A stretch of DNA of 24,000 nt. Source: Alphaproteobacteria bacterium HT1-32 (GTDB taxonomy: Bacteria; Pseudomonadota; Alphaproteobacteria; Rhodospirillales; HT1-32). The translations under genes and the position numbers were made by a program. Below the pieces are notes generated by a model. It did no database searches. It saw only the letters and a list, made by a program, of their open reading frames with translations, and had not been told where the DNA came from. Shown here piece by piece: positions 16,715 to 24,000 of this stretch (its first letter is position 1; each line of letters opens with the position of its first letter). Location: NCBI GenBank assembly GCA_009649675.1, contig WJPL01000001.1, forward strand, positions 492,469 to 516,468, in the 5' to 3' direction.

Positions 16715-18907
16715 GTGACAAACCAGACCAGCGACATCACCCCTGACGTCATCGCCAGCCATGGCCTGACCCCTGATGAATATAAAACCGCCTGTGATAT
16801 TCTGGGGCGGGAACCGAACCTGACCGAACTGGGAATCTTTTCGGTCATGTGGTCGGAACATTGTTCCTACAAGTCATCGAAAAAATGGCTGAAAACCCTG
16901 CCGACGACGGCTCCCTGGGTGATCTGCGGCCCCGGTGAAAATGCCGGCGTCATTGATATCGGCGACGGACAGGCGGCGATTTTCAAGATGGAAAGCCACA
17001 ACCACCCCTCCTTTATCGAGCCCTATCAGGGAGCTGCGACCGGAGTTGGCGGCATCCTGCGCGATGTCTTCACGATGGGGGCCCGGCCAATCGCCAACCT
17101 GAACGCACTCCGGTTTGGCGATGTCTCGCACGAAAAGACCCGTCATCTTGTGTCAGGTGTTGTTGCCGGTGTCGGCGGCTATGGTAACTGCGTCGGCGTG
17201 CCGACTGTAGGCGGGGAATGTAATTTCCACGCCAGCTACAACGGCAATATTCTGGTCAATGCCATGACCGTCGGCCTCGCCGAGGCTGACAATATCTTCT
17301 ATTCCGCAGCATCCGGCGTCGGAAACCCCATTGTCTATGTCGGATCGAAGACCGGACGTGACGGTATTCACGGGGCCACCATGGCTTCGGCTGAATTTGA
17401 CGATGCCTCCGACGCCAAGCGGCCGACGGTGCAGGTTGGCGATCCGTTTACGGAGAAACTGCTGATTGAAGCCTGCCTTGAACTGATGGCAACCGATGCC
17501 ATCGTTGCCATTCAGGATATGGGCGCAGCCGGCCTGACCTCATCGTCATTCGAAATGGCATCGAAAGGTGGTCTCGGCGTCGATCTTGATCTGGACCGGG
17601 TACCAACCCGGGAAACCGGCATGACTGCCTACGAAATCATGCTCTCCGAAAGCCAGGAACGCATGCTGATGGTGCTGCGGCCCGGCTCTGAAGATGCCGC
17701 ACGGGCAATCATTGAGAAATGGGATCTGGATTTCTCGGTCTGCGGTGAACTGACCGATACCGGCCGCATGGTCCTGCGAATGCATGGCGAAATTCAGGCT
17801 GACCTGCCGATTGACCCGCTGGCACTGGCCTCCCCTGAATATGACCGCCCGTGGAAACCGACCCCGGCACAGCCGGTCATTGCCGCAGCCGATCTGCCCG
17901 TTCCTGACGACCTGATGGGTACACTGACGCAGATCATGGGCTGCCCGGATGTCGCTTCGAAGAAATGGATATGGGAACAGTATGACCACATGGTCATGGC
18001 CGACAGTGTCCAGCGCCCCGGCGGGGACGCTGCTGTTGTCCGCGTACACGGCACCCGCAAGGGCCTTGCCATGACCTCCGACTGTACACCGCGTTACTGT
18101 GTCGCCGACCCCGTGATGGGCGGCAGGCAGGTTGTAGCCGAAGCCTGGCGCAACATCACCGCCGTCGGTGCCACGCCGCTTGCGATTACCGACAACATGA
18201 ACTTCGGCAATCCGGAACGCCCGGAAATCATGGGTCAGTTTGTCGGCTGTATCGAGGGTATGCGCGAAGCCTGCCTTGCGCTCGATTTTCCCGTCGTCTC
18301 CGGCAATGTCTCGCTCTACAACGAAACCAACGGTCAGGCCATCCTGCCGACCCCGACCATCGGCGCGGTCGGCAAGATCGACGATGTGCAGGACATGGCG
18401 CGCATTGCCCTGCCGGAAGGCTGCGACATCGTGCTGATCGGCGAGACCACGAGCTGGATGGGGGCCTCCCTTTATCTCCGTGAAATTGCCGGTCGCGAAG
18501 AAGGCGCACCGCCGCCAGTGGATCTGGCCCTGGAACGTCGTAATGGCGACTTCGTCCGCACAGGCATCCTCTCCGGTGATATTCGGGCCTGCCACGACCT
18601 TTCAGATGGCGGTCTGCTGGTCGCCCTGACCGAAATGTGCCTGGCCGGTAACACAGGTGCGGCACTTTCTGCCCTCCCGGATGACCAGACGCCACATGGC
18701 TGGCTGTTTGGCGAGGATCAGGCCCGTTATCTCGTTGCCACCACCGACGGGCCCGCGCTGGTGGAAAAAGCGACCGGGCAGAATGTCAGTGCCCGGATTA
18801 TCGGATGCAGTGGCGGTAGCAGCCTCACATTGGCCGGAATCGGTGAGACTGGACTCGACAGTCTGCGTCAGGCACATGAAAACTGGATGCCTGCCTATAT
18901 GGCCTGA
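16715..18907 (+). CDS. purL: Phosphoribosylformylglycinamidine synthase II
   Basis: 730 aa, GTG start at 16715. It contains ...[15 protein letters not shown]...[25 protein letters not shown]..., the canonical small PurL motifs. Confidence 0.97.
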   Translation: MTNQTSDITPDVIASHGLTPDEYKTACDILGREPNLTELGIFSVMWSEHCSYKSSKKWLKTLPTTAPWVICGPGENAGVIDIGDGQAAIFKMESHNHPSFIEPYQGAATGVGGILRDVFTMGARPIANLNALRFGDVSHEKTRHLVSGVVAGVGGYGNCVGVPTVGGECNFHASYNGNILVNAMTVGLAEADNIFYSAASGVGNPIVYVGSKTGRDGIHGATMASAEFDDASDAKRPTVQVGDPFTEKLLIEACLELMATDAIVAIQDMGAAGLTSSSFEMASKGGLGVDLDLDRVPTRETGMTAYEIMLSESQERMLMVLRPGSEDAARAIIEKWDLDFSVCGELTDTGRMVLRMHGEIQADLPIDPLALASPEYDRPWKPTPAQPVIAAADLPVPDDLMGTLTQIMGCPDVASKKWIWEQYDHMVMADSVQRPGGDAAVVRVHGTRKGLAMTSDCTPRYCVADPVMGGRQVVAEAWRNITAVGATPLAITDNMNFGNPERPEIMGQFVGCIEGMREACLALDFPVVSGNVSLYNETNGQAILPTPTIGAVGKIDDVQDMARIALPEGCDIVLIGETTSWMGASLYLREIAGREEGAPPPVDLALERRNGDFVRTGILSGDIRACHDLSDGGLLVALTEMCLAGNTGAALSALPDDQTPHGWLFGEDQARYLVATTDGPALVEKATGQNVSARIIGCSGGSSLTLAGIGETGLDSLRQAHENWMPAYMA

Positions 18908-19021
18908 AAGAAAACGGGAATACGCAATATCCCTTATTGATCGAACTAGTTTCAGGGTCGACAATACTTTTCCTGTCAGTCTGTCCCCCGGCGGACTGAT
19001 CTCATCGATCGGAAACCGAAT

Positions 19022-21022
19022 GTGACGCGCGATCAGGTCAAATACGGATGCGTATTAATCTGTGGGATCGTCCTCATCCTTGCGGCGGCATTATTCACGT
19101 CCCGTCTGAACACCGAAACAAGGGTAGAAGCCAACCGGTCAGACCTTCAGTTCAGGCTGGCAACCCTGTCATCCAGACTGGAAAGCGAGATCAACAGCAA
19201 CATGTTGCTGCTGATCGGGCTGGCAACGGAACTCTCTCTGAATCCTGAGATTAGCCAGGATGACTTTGCCGATCATGCATCAGAATTACTTCGCTACGGA
19301 CCGGCACTGATCAATCTTGCCGCTGCGAGAAACCTCATCATCAGCCACGTCTATCCGATGGAGCCGAACAAATCGATTCTTGGCGTCGATTATCGGGAAA
19401 TACCGGATCAGGCTGATGTCATTTTCCGGGCGGTGAATACAGGTGACATGCAGCTTGCCGGTCCGCTCCCCCTGATTCAGGGCGGCGAAGCGATCATTGG
19501 CCGGATGCCGGTTTATATCAATGACGAGACCGGCTCGCATCTGTGGGGCGTGGCAGCCGCTCCGATTGATTTCCGAAAACTGATGCGGAACAGCGGTATT
19601 CTCCAGCTGACTGAAGTTTTTGACATCGCCCTCCGGGGCCGTGACGGTCAGGGTGAAAACGGTGCTGTCTTCTATGGCAACCCCGCACTGTTTAATGCCG
19701 ACACCGTCAGGGCGACAGTCAAGGTTCCCGGCGGTTCCTGGATCATCGCCGGCATGCCGAAGGCCGGCTGGAAAGCCGCTGTAAAACCGAACTGGGTTAT
19801 CTGGATTGCCGCCCTTCTGGCGGAAACCGCCTGGATACTGATTGTCGTTCTTGGTTATCTGCGCGCCCGGGAAGCTTCACAGGCCCGTCATGCAATCGAG
19901 CAATCCCAGAAAACCTTCGAGTATCTTTTTGAGCATGCCTCCGACGCCATGTTCCTGATAGATCCGCACAAGCTCCGTTATATCGGCGCTAATGAGCCGG
20001 CACAGAAGCTGCTCGGCTATTCCCTGGAGGAACTTAAAACACTCGATTACGGAGATCTGAGCAGCGCAAGCCATCGCGACGAAATCAGAAGACGCCCCGG
20101 GGAGCTGCTTGATGGCCGGAAAATGGTCTATGACTGGGAGCTGATCCATAAACAGGGATATACGATACCGGTTGAAATCAGCGCCAGAGTGATCAGCAAT
20201 GGCGCTGAAAGCGTCATGCAGACGATCGTACGTGACCGCAGTGCCCAGCGACGCCACGAACGGGAACTGATGAACGCAAAACGCGAAGCAGAGCTGGCAA
20301 ACCATGCAAAGTCCCAGTTTCTTGCGAATATGAGCCATGAGTTGCGAACCCCGCTGAATGCCATCATCGGATTTTCCACAATCCTGAATGAAGAAATCCT
20401 CGGGCAGCATTCGATACCCCAGTACAAGGAATATGCCGAAGACATTCAGCGATCGGGCGAACATCTGCTGAAGATCATCAGTGACATTCTCGACATCTCG
20501 AAGATTGAAGCCGGTGAAATGCGGCTCGATTTCGAGCCGATTGATCTGGTGCCTGTTCTCGACGCCGCTATCCGGATGTGCCGGCCGCGGCTGCGTGAAA
20601 AGTCACTGGCCCTGCAAATGACGATACATCAGGACCGGCTCATGATCCTTGGTGATGAACTGAAAATGAAACAGGTCTTTCTGAATTTGCTCAGTAATGC
20701 GGTCAAATTCACGGTTGAGGGTGGCATTGCCATCGAAGCAGAGCACACCAAAAAGAATACCATCAGGATCACGATGACGGATACCGGCCGGGGCATGAGC
20801 GAGAAAGATGTCGACAATGTCTTACGCCCCTTCGTTCAGGCCGAAGACATCATGATCCGTGACAATGAAGGTACAGGTCTGGGACTTGCCCTGGTGGATG
20901 CCTTCGTCAATGCACATGGCGGTCGCCTTGATATCAAAAGCACCCTGAATATCGGCACCACCATCACCATGGAATTTCCGGGAATTGATCAGCCGTCAGG
21001 CGTTGCTGATGCCGCCGATTGA
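19022..21022 (+). CDS. Sensor histidine kinase with a periplasmic CHASE domain, PAS, HisKA and HATPase_c; no receiver domain
   Basis: 666 aa, GTG start. After TM1 comes a ~230-aa CHASE-like periplasmic domain (...LAAARNLIISHVYPMEPNKSILGVDY...LAGPLPLIQGGEAIIGRMPVY...LWGVAAAPIDF...GSWIIAGMPKAGW). TM2 and a PAS domain follow. The H-box is FLANMSHELRTPLNAIIGFS, the N box LLSNAVKFT and the G box DTGRGM...GTGLGLAL. Confidence 0.88.
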   Translation: MTRDQVKYGCVLICGIVLILAAALFTSRLNTETRVEANRSDLQFRLATLSSRLESEINSNMLLLIGLATELSLNPEISQDDFADHASELLRYGPALINLAAARNLIISHVYPMEPNKSILGVDYREIPDQADVIFRAVNTGDMQLAGPLPLIQGGEAIIGRMPVYINDETGSHLWGVAAAPIDFRKLMRNSGILQLTEVFDIALRGRDGQGENGAVFYGNPALFNADTVRATVKVPGGSWIIAGMPKAGWKAAVKPNWVIWIAALLAETAWILIVVLGYLRAREASQARHAIEQSQKTFEYLFEHASDAMFLIDPHKLRYIGANEPAQKLLGYSLEELKTLDYGDLSSASHRDEIRRRPGELLDGRKMVYDWELIHKQGYTIPVEISARVISNGAESVMQTIVRDRSAQRRHERELMNAKREAELANHAKSQFLANMSHELRTPLNAIIGFSTILNEEILGQHSIPQYKEYAEDIQRSGEHLLKIISDILDISKIEAGEMRLDFEPIDLVPVLDAAIRMCRPRLREKSLALQMTIHQDRLMILGDELKMKQVFLNLLSNAVKFTVEGGIAIEAEHTKKNTIRITMTDTGRGMSEKDVDNVLRPFVQAEDIMIRDNEGTGLGLALVDAFVNAHGGRLDIKSTLNIGTTITMEFPGIDQPSGVADAAD

Positions 21023-21044
21023 AATCGTTCTCCTTGCCTTACCG

Positions 21045-21073
21045 TTGACAGTACAATCCGGGCCGCCTATATG
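21045..21073 (+). promoter_or_regulatory. Candidate sigma70-type promoter of bolA-grxD
   Basis: TTGACA (21045-21050), a 17-nt spacer, then TATATG (21068-21073), about 25 nt upstream of the bolA ATG. AAGGGG lies 8 nt before the start. This rests on a sequence match only. Confidence 0.35.
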
Positions 21074-21098
21074 CCGGGCAACTTAAGGGGATAATCTG

Positions 21099-21332
21099 AT
21101 GGCAATGTCTGCTGGCGAAATTGAAGCTTTGATCAAAGAAGGCCTGCCGGATGCGGAAGTCCGTATCGACGACCTTCGCGGCGACGGCGACCATTATGCC
21201 GCGCATGTCGTTTCTGCCGCCTTTGCAGGCAAGTCGCGTGTACAACAGCACCAAATGGTTTATTCCACATTGAAGGGTCGCATGGGTAACGAACTCCACG
21301 CCCTCGCCCTTCAGACATCTGCGCCAGAATAA
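21099..21332 (+). CDS. bolA: BolA-family protein
   Basis: 77 aa, ...EVRIDDLRGDGDHYAAHVVSAAFAGKSRVQQHQMVYSTLKGRMGNELHALALQT..., typical of the BolA/IbaG fold. It lies directly upstream of a monothiol glutaredoxin gene. Confidence 0.9.
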   Translation: MAMSAGEIEALIKEGLPDAEVRIDDLRGDGDHYAAHVVSAAFAGKSRVQQHQMVYSTLKGRMGNELHALALQTSAPE

Positions 21333-21354
21333 GCGCATTCAGAAAGGATAAAAG

Positions 21355-21690
21355 ATGAGCGACAATCCGGTATTTGCCGATATCCAGAAGGCTGTCGACG
21401 AGAACGAGGTTCTGCTGTTCATGAAGGGCAACCCGATGTTCCCGCAGTGCGGTTTCTCGGCGACTGTCGTTCAGATTCTCAGCCATCTCGGTGTAAAATT
21501 CAAAGGTATCAATGTCCTTGAGGACATGGAAATCCGCGAAGGTATCAAGCAGTTCTCAAGCTGGCCGACCATCCCGCAGCTTTACGTCAAGGGCGAGTTT
21601 GTCGGCGGTTGCGACATCATCCGTGAAATGTTCGACAGCGGAGAGCTGGAACAACTGCTCGCGGACAAAGGCGTCCAGCGCGCCGCCTGA
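21355..21690 (+). CDS. grxD: Monothiol glutaredoxin (Grx4/GrxD family)
   Basis: 111 aa with the CGFS active site ([17 protein letters not shown]) and [19 protein letters not shown]. Confidence 0.95.
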   Translation: MSDNPVFADIQKAVDENEVLLFMKGNPMFPQCGFSATVVQILSHLGVKFKGINVLEDMEIREGIKQFSSWPTIPQLYVKGEFVGGCDIIREMFDSGELEQLLADKGVQRAA

Positions 21691-21700
21691 TCCGGACTGA

Positions 21701-21740
21701 CCGGGTCTGCGCATGATCGCGGACCCGGCATTTCCGTCTT
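21701..21740 (+). terminator. Stem-loop between the convergent grxD and HCCA-isomerase-like genes; probable bidirectional terminator
   Basis: ccgggtctgcg (21701-21711) pairs with cgcggacccgg (21718-21728), giving 10 Watson-Crick pairs plus 1 G-U, loop catgat. On the plus strand it is followed by cATTTccgTcTTgTTa. Confidence 0.5.
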
Positions 21741-21741
21741 G

Positions 21742-22338
21742 TTACCGGCTGGCCAGTGCCTCGCGGACAAAATCCAGCCGGTCCTGACCATAGAACGGTT
21801 CACCATCCACCACATAAGTAGGCGAGCCGAAGACGCCTAGTGACAGTGCTTCCTCGCTGTTGGCCGTGAACTCCTGCTGAAGTTCCGGATCATGGGCATT
21901 GCCAACCAGTGCTCCCCCGTCCAGCCCCACTGAATTACACAAATCCGTCAGTACCTCCGGACTGTCCAGATCACGGTCGTCCCGCCAGAGCGCCGCCAGA
22001 ATTGCAGCAGACAGGGCATCCACATCACCACCGGACCGCTGTGCACCAATCACACAGCCGCTGGCCAGTTCACGCCCGCCATAATGATGTACCGGATGCG
22101 GGTTCACCGGCATTCCCCGCCGTTTTGCCCAGCGAACCAGATCCCGCTCTGCATGCGCCTGCCGCATCGGGTGGAGATCCGGAAAACGTACACCACCGGA
22201 CCCTTCAGCCAGACGGCCAAGATGAACCGGCTTATGGACAAGCCGGCGTCCGGACTGACGTGCCAGTTCGGCAATTTCGAGGGATCCGAGATAAGCAAAA
22301 GAGGATCGGACGGAGTAGAAATAAAGGATATCCTTCAT
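21742..22338 (-). CDS. DsbA-like thioredoxin-fold protein of the 2-hydroxychromene-2-carboxylate (HCCA) isomerase family
   Basis: 198 aa, MKDILYFYSVRSSFAYLGSLEIAELARQSGRRLVHKPV...GVFGSPTYVVDGEPFYGQDRLDFV... This is the HCCA isomerase/DsbA-family pattern without a CxxC motif. Confidence 0.8.
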   Translation of the reverse strand: MKDILYFYSVRSSFAYLGSLEIAELARQSGRRLVHKPVHLGRLAEGSGGVRFPDLHPMRQAHAERDLVRWAKRRGMPVNPHPVHHYGGRELASGCVIGAQRSGGDVDALSAAILAALWRDDRDLDSPEVLTDLCNSVGLDGGALVGNAHDPELQQEFTANSEEALSLGVFGSPTYVVDGEPFYGQDRLDFVREALASR

Positions 22339-23033
22339 GACTTGTCTTCCTGCAGCATCTTTTCTGCAATCTTGAGGTTACGCCGGATGGCCGGGTTTCG
22401 GGGCTGCAGACGCAGGGCTTCGACATAGCGGGAAACCGCATCAGCCGGGCGCTCCAGCTGCATCAGCACATTCCCGAGATTACTGAGCACACCCGCCATT
22501 TCCGGCTCCAGTGCCAGAGCTGCTTCATACAGAACCACCGCCGCTTCCGGACGACCGGTCATGGCGGCAATATTGCCCAGATTGCTTTTGCCCTGCGGGT
22601 CTGTCGGGCGCAGTTCGCTGTAGGTCATATAGGCATTCTCCGACTTATCGAACTGGCCAAGACGCGCAAGGGCATTTCCCATCTGAAGATGCGCGGGCGC
22701 GAAATCCGGTTCTGCGTCACAGGCAGCCGCAAATTCGCCCAGGGCTGCTGTGATATCGCCCTTCTTCATCAGCAAATCACCGAGCAGTACCCGATAGGCT
22801 GCAACCGCGCCATCCAGCAAGACCGCTTCACGCAGCATCGACAGGGCGTCGTCCTGCTGATTTTCCTGAGCCATGACCACAGCGATCACATGATATGCTC
22901 CGGCTTTCGTCACATCGTCAGCACCCGTTTTCAGAAGCGCTTCTGCGATCTGCCTGGCCCCTGCATAATCACGTTCTTTCAGCCTGTCTCGGGCCTCAGC
23001 CAGGGACCCGGACTGCACCTTGTCTTCCATCAC
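22335..23033 (-). CDS. Tetratricopeptide-repeat (TPR) protein
   Basis: 232 aa of repeated A/L/Y-rich 34-residue units (e.g. AHLQMGNALARLGQFDKSENAYMTYSELRPTDPQ). The start is GTG 23033 or the adjacent ATG 23030, with AAGGGGA upstream. Its stop overlaps the start of the downstream gene (ATGA at 22335-22338). Confidence 0.8.
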   Translation of the reverse strand: MMEDKVQSGSLAEARDRLKERDYAGARQIAEALLKTGADDVTKAGAYHVIAVVMAQENQQDDALSMLREAVLLDGAVAAYRVLLGDLLMKKGDITAALGEFAAACDAEPDFAPAHLQMGNALARLGQFDKSENAYMTYSELRPTDPQGKSNLGNIAAMTGRPEAAVVLYEAALALEPEMAGVLSNLGNVLMQLERPADAVSRYVEALRLQPRNPAIRRNLKIAEKMLQEDKS

Positions 23034-23130
23034 GTCGCCATCCCCTTTGACGTTCTGTCTTCATTCTTTTCTGCCGCTGCCCGCGCCCGACAGCACAGAG
23101 GTTATCCGGACCGTCAGCAACGACAAGACG

Positions 23131-23163
23131 AAACGAAAAAGGCCGGCTCCTGAAGAGCCGGCC
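23131..23163 (-). terminator. Rho-independent terminator of rpsD
   Basis: A 9-bp GC-rich stem, ggccggctc (23141-23149) with gagccggcc (23155-23163), loop ctgaa. On the minus strand it is followed by TTTTTCGTTTCG and lies 27 nt downstream of the rpsD stop. Confidence 0.7.
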
Positions 23164-23189
23164 TGATGTCGTCGCGACAGAAGTAACTG

Positions 23190-23804
23190 TCAGCGAGAAT
23201 AGAATTCGATGACGAGGTTTGGTTCCATCTGCACCGGATAAGGAATATCGGCCAGTTCCGGCTGGCGGATGAAAGCACCACGCATCTTGCTGTGATCGAC
23301 TTCGATGTAATCGGGCACGTCCCGCTCACTGCTGTCGACAGCATCAAGCACCATCGGGATGTCGCGGATTTTCGGGCTGAGTTCAACGATGTCACCATCC
23401 TTGATCATGTAGGAAGCGACATTCACCCGGTGGCCGTTGACCTTGATGTGGCCATGGCTGATCACCTGACGTGACGCGAACACAGTCGGTACGAATTTCA
23501 TACGGTAGACAACGGCATCAAGACGACGCTCCAGAATGCCCACCAGATTTTCAGACGTATCACCGCGACGACGAACGGCTTCGGCATAGTAACGGCGGAA
23601 CTGCTTCTCACCGATATTGCCGTAATAGCCCTTCAGCTTCTGCTTCGCCATGAGCTGCAGACCGAAATCTGACGGCTTGCGGCGGCGCTGCCCGTGCTGG
23701 CCCGGCGCATATTCGCGCTTGTTGATCGGGCTTTTCGGACGGCCCCAGAGATTGACGCCGAGGCGGCGGTTGATCTTGTACTTGGATTGAAGGCGTTTGC
23801 CCAT
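23190..23804 (-). CDS. rpsD: 30S ribosomal protein S4
   Basis: 204 aa, [51 protein letters not shown]...; unmistakably S4. Confidence 0.97.
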   Translation of the reverse strand: MGKRLQSKYKINRRLGVNLWGRPKSPINKREYAPGQHGQRRRKPSDFGLQLMAKQKLKGYYGNIGEKQFRRYYAEAVRRRGDTSENLVGILERRLDAVVYRMKFVPTVFASRQVISHGHIKVNGHRVNVASYMIKDGDIVELSPKIRDIPMVLDAVDSSERDVPDYIEVDHSKMRGAFIRQPELADIPYPVQMEPNLVIEFYSR

Positions 23805-24000
23805 AGGTCACACTCACTCGTTAACCGGTTGTTATCTGGCGGATTTTTCCGCCGGTTTATGTTCCGAACAGCTCATATCGAGCGTGGCACTACAGCCCGC
23901 GTTATCGGAAAGAGCGCGCACTATATGCATTCTGCTCCTGCTGTCAAAGACTGATCCCCCAAACACCGCAGAAATGCTGACTTCCGGAGACAACCACCCG

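Noticed and set aside
1-24000. Scan for CRISPR repeats, IS/transposase or integrase genes, phage genes, toxin-antitoxin pairs and tandem repeats
   Set aside because: I saw none by eye. All ORFs of 60 aa or more are either accounted for by the listed genes or lie antisense to or overlapping them. Short dispersed repeats cannot be excluded without a computational self-comparison.

Overview
The window looks like a chromosomal segment from an alphaproteobacterium. This is inferred from a DUF1476/zeta ATPase-inhibitor homologue, a split purS/purQ/purL, gatCAB and a bolA-grxD pair. It is mostly housekeeping: gatC-gatA-gatB (minus strand), purB, purC-purS-purQ-purL, bolA-grxD and rpsD. Accessory genes sit between these. 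They include three membrane sensors: an edge-truncated MHYT-PAS histidine kinase missing from the ORF track, a dCache-HAMP class III nucleotidyl cyclase, and a CHASE-PAS histidine kinase. The others are a cytoplasmic Fe-S molybdopterin oxidoreductase, a MarR-type regulator, a eukaryote-like acid-ceramidase/NAAA-family Cys-Ntn hydrolase, an NRDE/TANGO2-family protein, a DsbA-like HCCA-isomerase-family protein and a TPR protein. I found no rRNA, tRNA, CRISPR array, transposase/integrase or recognisable defence or secretion island. The least explained part is the divergent intergenic region at 7774-8234. It holds a 60-nt stretch with only 3 G/C bases, followed by about 205 nt of GC-rich non-coding sequence. 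On paper that sequence folds into a closed multi-helix RNA with a competing 13-bp hairpin, which resembles a riboswitch or attenuator. I could not match it to a family I know. All functional calls come from reading the translations and from recalled family motifs; no searches were run.
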